A stretch of DNA of 64,000 bases from Cladosporium halotolerans (Eukaryota), in assembly GCF_011745625.1 (NCBI RefSeq), contig NW_027191473.1:62001-126000 (forward strand), read 5' to 3'. Shown here piece by piece: positions 46,951-57,859 of the stretch (positions are counted from its first letter, which is position 1; each line of letters opens with the position of its first letter). The notes below the pieces were generated by a model. It saw only the letters and a list, made by a program, of their open reading frames with translations, did not search any database and was not told the DNA's origin. The position numbers and the translations under genes are program-made.

Positions 46951-49522
46951 GGTTCGCTGCCAAAGCTGTCTAGTGAAGACGATTCGGCCTGGCTCTGGGC
47001 AAGGCGGAAGAGGCGGCAGTGCTTGTGTGGGAGGAATCCAGTTTGGCGGCGGCAGATGCAACGGAGTCAACGACGAGGAATTCTGAATCGCAGACATTGG
47101 GAGAAAGAGAATATGCAATAAGGATAAGGCAGGGTCTTGCAAGCCGCTTGTTCCACTGGCATGCTCTTCAACAATGAAAAGCAGGCCTACCAATAGATAT
47201 GCGTAACGCGTCAGGTGTAGCCATTATCCACGAGAAGGGAGAAGGCCATGCCCGGTATGGCTTTGTCCTTATTATTCAACCAGTACGAACAGCGACGAAA
47301 AAGAGCCTACCGTGGTATGCGACACCCATTTCTTTGTCGTCCAATGACGGGCACAGTCAAGCGAAGGATTAAAGAGCATGCGCTGATTGTCTAGGGCCCG
47401 ATGGGGGCCGCTAGTCAGGCAGAGTGCATTGCTTAGAACGCCCTTCTTTGTTCTTTGTTCGTGCACGACTGCACCCGGAAACGGCCAAGCCGGGCAGAGC
47501 GTCAGCTGCTTCTAAGACATTCCAGCGGTCAGCAAGCAAGGGGCTTTAGTGGCAAAGAAATGCAGGTTGCCACAACGCGGAGCAAACAGCGTACATGAGC
47601 CATGGACGAAATGCCTGGTGCGCCTGATGGTGGCATTTTACGGCGCATGGCTGCGAAGACTGCATGGCTCGTCATGGCTGCAGTTTCTGTGGAGACACGA
47701 GAACTTCCGGAATGTCGCACGACACTGCTAGTGCAAACGTGCTGTACGACTCTCGATGGAGTTACCGACCGTTAATCGCACGTTCACTTGACGATGTGCA
47801 CTTCAGGAAGCTTGTCCGTTCGAGATGACGCTCACGGCCGGGGTCAAACATCATTGTCACCTGCGACGACATTGAAGCTCCGTGATTTCAAAGCATCGTC
47901 AGTAAGCCACATGGTACCGCTGGAATGTTGTCAGTAAAGTTGTTGGCGAGCAGTCACCGTGGAACAGGAGTGTTTCGGCGACCGCTACTCTCCGCACACC
48001 GCAACAACTTCTTGGATGGAGCTAGTCGTGTACTTGTACGCATTATCGGGCAAATAGTGGTGTGGGAGCACTGCTTGATCACCGTACCACTGGCTCGGGC
48101 CCAAAGGCTCCGATGTTCGCCGGAAAGTTGCAGCGGAGTTGCCGTAGCATTGAGTCTAGTGGCCTGGGACAAAAAAGCAATGACCAAAAATGTGGTGTTG
48201 GTGTTGCTCATCGCGCGATGGTTGCACAGCCAATACTGACAGCAAACGCGAGAGGGTGTGATATTTCAAACATAGAATCCATAGTCCAATTTCGGGCATG
48301 ATGGACGTCGCAGGAACCTCTCGCTAACGTCAGCACACGCGGACGCGTGGCCGGCATCAGTTTTATTATCTCCCTGCGGTCACCCGTACGCTGGCACCGC
48401 GAGGTGTTGGCAACGTGGTTTGAAGAACTGCGCCTCGCACAGGTCTGGCGGGTAGGAGCGCCGGGAAAGCGTTTCGTGTTGCCGAGCTGTCAGAACGGAT
48501 ACTGACTGCGTTTGGTGCGAGTCATCTCATTCCATGCGGCCAGGGAGCAGGGACCCGGGTCGCTCGGTTCGCCGTTCGCATGGATGATAGCACGATGAAC
48601 GATGGGTAAGTGCATGCAGGAAATTGCTTTCTCGCGTTGGCTTCGGCAACAGCATCAGCATCGCAGCGGGTGGGCTGACTAGGTCGCGCATCCGGGAGTT
48701 TGTTGTTACAGAATGAATTTCATCAATCCAGGAAAACGTTCGATCTTCAGACACGTGGTGCTGTACAGTTCAGAAGGGCTGGATGTTGGAGCGCCGTTAG
48801 CATTCTCGTTGTGGCCGGGCGGCATGAGGACAGGATCACGCTGAGGTCCTCAAGTAATAGTCCCGTCGTGAGACTTGCAGGCCGTAGCTTGTCATTGCTT
48901 GACGTTGCCTGTCATGCGCGATGTGCCGTTGTTGCCGGGGATAAGAGGATGTCCCTTTGTCTTCTGCGTGTACTCCAAGTCGAGAGGCACCGGGGCAAGG
49001 CTCAAAAGCTTTATGGTGTTTATGCATGCGTATTATTAGACGCATCTTTCCGACGTGTTTGGATACAATGTGACTCCATGTTGTCGACGCGTACTTCCGA
49101 GCTGGCATGCCATACAGACGCGTCGAGGTCTGCCATGTCATGTCCGGGGATCGAACAGCCAACCGCGTCCAGTTCGAGGTCGCTTTGACGCTTCACGTGG
49201 CAGCTGACGCACGCCAAGCTTCACATGTTCGCGGTCAGCCTTCAGCCGGTCCCATGAGGCTGTCGGCATTCCGCCCAACCCAGCCCACGCCGACGGTCAC
49301 GATGGTCGAGTCTCGCGCCCGTGTCCACAGCCTATGTTTGCTATACATCCTCCGTAGCCCCTGTTGTCTGCAAAGCTTTTCCTCCTGCTCACTGTCCCCC
49401 CCCTTTGTGTGACCACCGCTTGTACCTGTGCGAATGCCTCGGTTGACGACCTTGCCTTGTCACCTCCATCTACGCAGCACGCATGTAATATCGGCCTACC
49501 GGACTTCTAAAGCACCAAGAGC

Positions 49523-51806
49523 ATGATAGGTACAGACTTATTCAATTTCTGCGACAGCAGCTTCCGGTAAAGCGATTGACCCCCTTACAGACCACGCGCT
49601 CGGCAAGCCCTCCCATCGCTACAGGAAGTACCAGATATTCACTGTGGTGCTTCTCTGGTCCCTCTACCTCTATAAGGGCAATCGTCATGGCCCCCCTATT
49701 CTGCGTAATATCTCGGCCTTCTTCTCCAAGCATCTCACACCATGGCATACCATGGTCCTCTCGATGTTGTACATGTACCTCATGCGCAACTTCTCCCGCC
49801 TTGTCGGACTAGAGCCCAAGGAGCCGTTGGCAGGAAAGTACGATCGCAACTACTTCAGAGCAACATGGGTGGCCACGGCTTTGGATGCGGGCTTTTGGAA
49901 GGCTATGTGGATACGGCCGCGTTGGTTAAGAGATATCGCGAGCATCCTCGGCACCTTATACTACATGGTATGCGCTGAGCAGGCAGACGAGTATGTTCGG
50001 AAGGTCCGGGCTGGCGGCTGCGATATCGACCACATGCGTGTGAGTTGGAACAAAGGCAGAACACCATACATCAAGCTGGCCTCGCAGCTGGTGAGGCCAA
50101 AGTGGTGCATGAAGAGATTGCCTATCCGCTCTCAAATCCAACGCCCAGAGGGTAGTCTATACGACGAACCTATTGATTTCTGGCTTTATTACGACAAGCC
50201 ACAAGAGAAGCTCAAGAATGAGACCAAAATCATCCTGGACATACCGGGCGGTGGTTTCGTCGCCATGGATCCCCGCTGTCACGATGATAAGCTTTTCGCG
50301 TGGGCAGGGAAAAGCAAGCTGCCTGTGATCGCGCTCAACTACAAAAAGGCTCCCGAGTATCCATATCCGTTTGCTTTGAATGAGTGTTTCGACGCTTACT
50401 TCCAGATCGTTGCCACAAGAGGCCAATGCATCGGACTTTCTGGCCACACCATGCCAACGATCGTATTGAGCGGCGATAGCGCTGGTGGCAACCTTGCGGC
50501 AAGCCTGATCATCAAATTGTTGCAAACTCATTCTTCAAACATCTACGAGGACTCATATCGCAAAAGTACATCGCAGATACCTTTACCGGAAGCTTTGATC
50601 ATGATCTATCCTGCTTTGGAGATGAACATCCATAGTTTCATGCGGCCGGAAGACGTTGAACTTCTCAACAAGCCTGAGTACAGAAAGCAGAACAGAAAAT
50701 TCATCAAGCGGAAGAGCGAGGCTTTCCGACGACTGACGCCGAAGACTCCTCATGGCTCAGATGACGAAGACGAGACGCCCCGAGCGTCAACGCCGATGCT
50801 TGACACAAGTATGGACGGCGAAAAGAGCAAGGTCTTGGAGGACACAGCGATCACGGAGTCGCCCGTAACGGCAACTGTGGACTCGAACGCTCTGAATGGC
50901 AAGCCTTTCAGCGAGCTTCAGGTGCAGCCAAGACAGCTCAAGACAAATATCAAAATGTCCAGCATGATCTCGCAGCTGCACGACCGCGTCCTTCCGCCGG
51001 AACTTCTACGAGCAATGATCCTCCTCTACATCGGCGAGCAGCACAAACCCGACTTCACCGCTGACTACCTGCTCTCTCCACTTCTCGCACCGGAGAGCAT
51101 TCTCCAGCGGTTTCCCAAAGTGTACATGCTCTGCGGTGAACAAGATCCCCTTGCGGACGACACCTTCCTCTTCGCCGGCCGCCTCCGCCAAGCTCACGCC
51201 CATCGCTTCCGGGAGAGACAAGAGCTGGGCCTCGAGAGCTACAAGGCCGTCTTCAACGACAAGAAGCACGTCGAGACTATGATCATCAACGGCGTCAGCC
51301 ACGGCTTCCTGCAATTTGTCACCGTCTACCATCCAGGCTGGGGATACATCGACCAGTGCCGCCGATGGATGATGGACGCTTTCTACGAAGCCGACCAGAG
51401 AGAAGCAGGCATCCAGAGCGAGGCGCCAACGCCCACAACCGCTGAGCCGATTGTGTCCGCTGATGACTACTTTTCCCAGCTCAACGGAACTCGCCGCGAC
51501 CAGCGCAACACTGTCCGACACCACAGACGGCACGAAAGCAACAGCGACGCTGACGAACGGCCGCTGGAAATGACGCCGCTGCGCCAGCGCATAGACAGCA
51601 CTCTTGCTGACAGGAGACGGCGGCGGAGCTCGAGCGGCCGCGGTTCGATCAAGAGGCTTGATCCGAGCGGCAGGAGGAGTCCGGTCGCCTTTAGGAAGGG
51701 CGATTCGCTCATCAGACTCCCGAGTGACACTGATTTGCTGGAGCGCAGGATGGGTAGTTTGGCGGGTCCCTTGTTGGGTAAGCACAGCGGAACGGACTCG
51801 CCATGA
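49523..51806 (+). CDS. Hormone-sensitive-lipase-like alpha/beta hydrolase
   Basis: 7-nt exon ATGATAG (49523..49529), intron 49530..49590, giving MIDHALGKPS. PGGGF oxyanion motif, GDSAGG nucleophile, DPL and HGF catalytic residues. Confidence 0.85.
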
Positions 51807-51899
51807 GCGAGGCTTTCTCACGACGCCACGATGCACTTTCGAGTGTCTTCACATGGATATACCTTAGATGAAGTAGAGCTCTTCATATTATTGATTACC

Positions 51900-51914
51900 A
51901 AAAAGAAAACAAAA
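51900..51914 (-). terminator. RNA polymerase III T-run terminator of the 5S gene
   Basis: TTTTGTTTTCTTTTT immediately 3' of the 5S sequence on the minus strand. Confidence 0.75.
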
Positions 51915-52033
51915 ACATACAACAGGCGGGATTCCCAGATGGTCACCCACTCTAGTACTAGTCGCCCGGTTCAGTGCTTATGTATGGCAGAGCGGACGGG
52001 ATGCCCAGTTCTCACTGACCTATGGTCGTATGT
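51915..52033 (-). rRNA. 5S ribosomal RNA (dispersed copy)
   Basis: 119 nt ACATACGACCATAGG...CCCGTCCGCTCTGCC...TAGTACTAGAGTGGGTGACC...GGGAATCCCGCCTGTTGTATGT, with complementary ends and recognisable 5S internal motifs. Confidence 0.95.
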
Positions 52034-52582
52034 ACTATCACCTCTCGCATGAGCATGCATAAACACATATCCTAAAAACATGACGGCGACAAAGCGTAAC
52101 ACCTTGAAATTGGTCGTGGCCAGTACACCGCGTTACGTGATTGTATGGAGCATTGTTACCTATATCCCATTCCAATCTATACACATTACGAGACAATCTC
52201 TCAATCCAGACGCAGCGATCTGTAGAATACACAGCAGCCTCAAACTGAAGCACGAGTGCAAAGCTCGGTGGAGAGAAATGGTGGTAGCATACAGACATCA
52301 TTTTAGGGTGTGGTCTCGAGTCATGGCAGCTGAGATTGGTATCCAATGCCTCGGGATCTAGTAGCGTCATTTCTGCTACAGTTGTACTACCTAGGTAGCA
52401 CCAACACCAACACCAACATCTTGATGTTGGCAGAATTTGATGCTTTCCAAGTGCACATCAACGGAATGATATAGCAACATGGCCCTTCGAGGACAACTTT
52501 GTGCGATCTTGATATCCTTTCCGCGTGCGAACAAAGGCGACCTTGACATCTTCACACCCAACAGCTGCATAAGCATCCAACA

Positions 52583-53558
52583 ATGCGCATGGGCAGCCTC
52601 ATGGATTGGATGACTGGACGTGACGGCTCAGCGAAGCCACCTCGCCGCACAAGACGAACAGACTTTCTCTGGGAGCGTGAGGATATCATAGATCCGCCAC
52701 TTCGCTCTCTCCCGCCAACACGCCCGCGCCGCTTGACTAACACGTCGCAATCACATGCCCAACTACAGTCTGGACTTATCGCCCGCTTACCACCAGAGAT
52801 CCGTATTCTGATATGGGAGCATGTTGTCGGACCGGAAGATGCTAAAGACGTGTTGCACATCGAGGTCGGCGATGGGATTCTTCGGCAGAACCGATGCTAC
52901 CAGCGGGACAGCACTGCATTGACATTCCAGCACGACTGCTGGTCGGCTATGTGGAGGGGGAAATACCGCGTAGGAGGCGGGAAGGGCATAGATGAGCCAG
53001 CCGAACACTACTATGCATTTCTTCCACTACTCTTTACGTGCAAGCTCATGTAAGATAATCACAGTCCAGGACATGAACAGCTGGCTGACTCGTGCAAGCT
53101 ATACCGAGAGCGTAGGTCTGCTATACAGCAACAACACCTTTGACTTCCGCCGGTCCGCTACTGTTATCCGCTTGCCGCACGTCATGCTCCCACATCGCTT
53201 CCAGCAATTGAACCGTGTGCAATTCAGTACAGCTTTCTCCTGCTACGTATCGAGGCGAGAACTACCGCAAGGCCTTCCGGCGGACTTTTGGGAGCTCCCA
53301 GACGACCGCCGTTTGTGGGAAGAGGCCTGCCAGGTGCTTGCCTCCTTCAATCACCTGGGATATCTGCGAATCACGATCGAGATGATGTGTCGGCTCGAAC
53401 AACACAAGCATCCCGTTGATGCTTCGCTCTTGCTCGAGATCTTGCTACCGTTGAAAGCTGTGAGTGCAAAGAGTTTCGTAGTCGAGATTCCCGAAGGCAT
53501 TAGCTCTGTGCGTGAAAGGCTTGGGGAAGTGCCGTTTCGAATCATTAAGCGGCTTTAA
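52583..53558 (+). CDS. Fungal hypothetical protein with F-box-like start (DUF7730-like)
   Basis: LIARLPPEIRILIWEHV; LLFTCKL, intron 53050..53098, IYTESVGLLYSNNTFDF. Confidence 0.7.
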
Positions 53559-53881
53559 TTAGACAATCATAAACAAAGCTTTGAAATCCAGGTATGATCA
53601 ACGCTACGTTTCTTAGACATAGAGCTTAGTTCTACTCTCTCTCGTAGGATGAAAAACTTGGCATAGGCTACGCCCCCCTCGATCACCCTCGGGCTATCGG
53701 GAATACATATTGAAACAGCATTATATCAGTCGGTCGAGCAGCCAACTGCCTTCAAGACCAGCGAAAAACGTATCGCTCGAACTTTTCGTTGATTCGTGGT
53801 CGTATGAACTAGTCTTGACATGAAACAAAACTCGACGTTGCGAGTTAAAGCTATTCCACCAAGCACACGCACGTGACATGC

Positions 53882-55201
53882 TCAGTTCCTTGCCTTCTCA
53901 GTCTCAGCGGCATCTTGGGGCGCCGGATGCGTCTCATTCTTCAGATTCACCAAACACGGCGCCCGGAACATCTCGCCACTATACGCGCCCCTGGCCGTCC
54001 CCGCCGCAATTACTATCCAGAGCAGAATGACCGCGACGCCAAAAATAGTCCCTAAAACCCGGAAGAGAAGCGATGGGAGCTCTTCGCCAATGAGGATCGT
54101 GCTGGTTGCATACACGCCCAAAGGAAAAGTAAACCCCCACCAGCCCATGTTGAAGGGTACTCCTTGTTCTCTGGCCGTTTTCCACAACGCGGCGAGCGCG
54201 AAGCAGAACCACAGGAGGCCCCAGCCCCACATTATTAGGGCAAGGAAGAAGCCGAGGATGTATGCTATCCTTCCCGCCATGGGGTCGAGCGTGCCAGTTA
54301 TTGGGAAGATCTCTGCGGCTCTCAAGCCGAGGTTGAGGATCGTGAAGCCTCCGAAGCCGAGAGGTCCGAGGGGGAGGAAGGCGCTGACTATGACTTCTCG
54401 TGAGGGCATTTTATGCAGAGCCAGACGCTGATAGTAGATAGCGAGGACCGTGAAGGCCATGGGCGTGGCCATGCCCCAGAGAGCGTAGGATGTGATGACA
54501 ACACCTAGCGCAATCTGTGGATTTGGAATCACTGAGGCAACTTCAGAGCCAGCGCCGGCTGCCACAATAGTCGCCGCAATGGGAAGCAACTGGGCTGCCG
54601 TGATGCTGTCGAGAGAGCGTTGGTAGGAGGCGGACATGAGCAGAATGGCCAAGCTCACAGTCACTGCAACGGCGACAACGGAGTCGAGTATCCAGAGTCC
54701 GAAAGCAACATACGCGGCGCCGTCTCCCCATGCTGGTACGCACACCGCAACCCACATTTCGATGAGGGTGGCAAAGCCCATGGGCACTGTACCTAGGAAC
54801 AGGCTATTGTTGGGGTCTTGGATCATGACCGTCCAGATCTCGGGCCAGATGGTATATCTCAAGAAGGATATTCCGAATGCTAGCGAGAAGAGCGCAGTGT
54901 TCAAGACGAAGAAGACGATGCCCAGAATGCGAAGCCATTCTGCTTTCCATGGTATCGTCACAAAGATGTTGGCCACAATACCAGTCCCCATTGTCATCGC
55001 GAACCATGATGGAGAGAAGTTCCGGACAATGCGACGCCATCCTTCGTCGTTCTTTGAAGGCGCCGAGGGCTTCTGGGTTCGTGGCTTTGAGTGGTTTGAG
55101 CCGACGCTCTGCGAATCTCTCGCCGTGTCTGCATTATTACTAGGTGGTGTACGGTTTCGGAGCCGCTCCACTGCTGGAACACTAACTGCCGGATTGTTCA
55201 T
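53882..55201 (-). CDS. SSU1: TDT/SLAC1-family anion efflux transporter, sulfite efflux pump SSU1-like
   Basis: NFSPSWFAMTMGTG, LPLGPLG, FNMGWWGFTFPLG; about 10 TM helices. Confidence 0.8.
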   Translation of the reverse strand: MNNPAVSVPAVERLRNRTPPSNNADTARDSQSVGSNHSKPRTQKPSAPSKNDEGWRRIVRNFSPSWFAMTMGTGIVANIFVTIPWKAEWLRILGIVFFVLNTALFSLAFGISFLRYTIWPEIWTVMIQDPNNSLFLGTVPMGFATLIEMWVAVCVPAWGDGAAYVAFGLWILDSVVAVAVTVSLAILLMSASYQRSLDSITAAQLLPIAATIVAAGAGSEVASVIPNPQIALGVVITSYALWGMATPMAFTVLAIYYQRLALHKMPSREVIVSAFLPLGPLGFGGFTILNLGLRAAEIFPITGTLDPMAGRIAYILGFFLALIMWGWGLLWFCFALAALWKTAREQGVPFNMGWWGFTFPLGVYATSTILIGEELPSLLFRVLGTIFGVAVILLWIVIAAGTARGAYSGEMFRAPCLVNLKNETHPAPQDAAETEKARN

Positions 55202-55961
55202 GTCGGCAAGCTAGCCAATATTCACTACTCTGATAAGTATCTGGTGCACAGCTTGACATGATCACCAGGCGGGATGTGGCGGAAAACCCTGAAAGAGAGT
55301 CTCTCGGGCGCCTCAGTGTGACCCTTCGCTTCAGGCGATCATAACATGCAGAGTATGAATGACATAAGCTTAGCCTGTCTTCCTGCAGGCCCGATGAGAG
55401 ATGGAGGATGTCTTCAGTAGGCGCGCAGCTGTGGCCGTCAGGACGATGACGAGCGCCAATGCCGAGATCGGCACGCCGGAAAACCGCAGCCTTAAGTCCG
55501 AAGGTTTTGTATGAACCACGTTGCCAAACCGTCCGATCCTAACGCGGGTCGTATAACATGAATAATGCAAGGCCAAGGATGCCAACAGAGAGAGATTGAA
55601 ATGTATCTCCACAGTTGCCTCTCCTGACAGCGCCGGTTTGTTGCTTGCACAGCCAGCATTCTCCACGGGGCAAGACGAACAGGCTCCACAAAGATCACCA
55701 TGAAGACACCATGACCCCGCTCGCACTCCACTTCCCCCGTGAGATTTGGAAGCGGCATGAGGAGGCGGCTATTGTAGAAGACGCTGCTCCGCTGTCCGTT
55801 CTAGGGCTAGTCAATGGCATCGGAGGTACAAATCGTGTCGACATCGCTCACAGAGCGCTGTCGTTTCGGAGCAACTTATCATCATCTGTCGCACCCCAAG
55901 GCAGGTTGCGCATACTTAGGACCTACTTGCGTCCATTACACGAGAGGTCATTGCCGCCGGG

Positions 55962-57623
55962 ATGGTGAGGAAACATGCTTTGATCAGCGCGATAGTTGGC
56001 TTGTCAACGTCGACTGGCGTTCTCGCCAGGTCATACAACGGCCAGGCTGCCTGCACGGCTGCCGCCATTAGCCAGCCTTCTTTGTTCGGAGCAGAGATCC
56101 AAAGCCTTACCGTGGAAGAAGTCCGCAACCGAACGGTCCCATCGAACGGCAATGCGTTCCCCTCAAACCTCACGGTCTCGTACTGCGGAGTCAACATGTA
56201 GGTCTTCGCCCAAACTGCCATTTTTCCTTACTGATCGAACGATAGCTCATACACCCACACTGGATGGAACGATCTAATTAATGTAGAAGTCTGGCTTCCT
56301 CTAGATACCTGGAATGGCCGATTCCAAGGCACAGGCGGCGGAGGCTGGCAAATGAGTTCCGGAGCTCCAGCTCTCGCATCGGCTGTCGACGAGGGCTACT
56401 CGGCAGCACGCACGGATGGTGGCCATCCAGATGCGACCGCCAGTGTAGCATCAGCGTCAAATTGGGCTCTCCTGAGTCCAGGTAACATCAACTTCCCCCT
56501 TCTACAGGACTTCGCGGCAGTAGCGCTGTCGGACATGGCCATTCTCGGCAAATCCATCACAAAGAGCTACTACGGCCAGAAGCCGGAGTACTCGTATTGG
56601 ACTGGATGCTCGACAGGCGGGAGGCAAGGAATGATGCTGGCTCAGCGGTATCCAGATCTGTATGATGGTATCTTAGCGAAGGCCCCGGCGATCAACTGGG
56701 ATTCCTTCGTTGTCACGGAGTACTGGCCTCAGCTGGTGATGAACACGCTCGGAGCCTACCCGCCACCCTGCGAAATCGAGGCTTTCACGCAGGCCGCCGT
56801 TGCTGCTTGCGATGAACTCGATGGACTCAAGGATGGCGTCATTTCCGATGCTAATGCTTGCGCGTTCGACCCCTACTCGATTGTCGGGAAGAGCTTTTCT
56901 TGCAACGGCACAGACGAAAGTATCTTCACCCGAGAAGGCGCAGCCGTCGTCGAAGCCGCTTGGGTCGGACCTGTCGACGCCTCTGGGAAGAAAGAATGGT
57001 ACGGCCTTAACAAAGATGCGTCTCTCGCAGGCATCGCAAACACAGTAGTCGCCGCGGCCAATTTCAGTGCACGCGGGGCACCTTTTGCCATCTCTGCCGA
57101 GTACATCAAATACTTCCTCACCCGAGACCCAGCCCTCGACCTCAGAAACATCACGGGAGAAGACTTTTTCCGCCTCCTCCAACACTCCCGGAACCAATTC
57201 TCCAGCATCATCGGCACCGCCGACCCCGACCTGAGCCTCTTCAAATCCCACGGCGGCAAGATCATCACCTGGCACGGCCTCGCCGACGAGCTCATCTTCC
57301 CCAACGGCACCGAAGACTACTACAAGCGGGTCATGGCCCAAGTCGCCGACGTGCAAGACTTCTACCGCATCTTCGAAGCTCCTGGAGTCGGCCATTGCAG
57401 CGGAGGAGCGGGCCCGCAGCCGAGGGACGATCTGAAGGCTTTGGTCGAATGGGTTGAGAATGGCGTTGCGCCGGATACTTTGCCTGTGGTGAATACGACG
57501 CTTAATGGTGCAGAGCCGGGGCCTGGAGAGGAGTTGCCGAGGCGCAAGATTTGCGCCTGGCCGAAGAAGCAGAGGTATAATGGGGGAGATCCGCTGGTGG
57601 CGGATAGCTTTGATTGCGTTTAG
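55962..57623 (+). CDS. Secreted tannase/feruloyl esterase
   Basis: Signal peptide; intron 56198..56245; WNGRFQGTGGGG, GCSTGGRQG (CS motif), WHGLAD and PGVGHC (HC motif). Confidence 0.9.
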
Positions 57624-57859
57624 TGCGTGATGAGAGGGGTTTTAGAGTCGAGTCACTTGGCCGATGATTGGGTAGTTCGTGGGGATTGATTGTGACTGAA
57701 TTTATCGATACAGAAAGACTTATGCAAAGTGCTAGGTTCAAACAACAAACAACAAAGTACTCATACTCAAACCGCTGCAGAGCGTCGATGCATCATTGAT
57801 CGGGTGATTATGAACAACCCGCTCAATGGTCCGATTTGCTGGATCTTGCTATGCCACTC

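Noticed and set aside
47000..49500. Small ORFs in the long HMG-lipase intergenic region (also 37600-40300 and 59700-61400)
   Set aside because: No codon bias or motifs; more likely regulatory or UTR sequence.
35660..51806. Lipid-metabolism gene cluster (bHLH, ABCD transporter, lipase)
   Set aside because: The genes are widely spaced and interleaved with unrelated ones, and no shared motif was identified.
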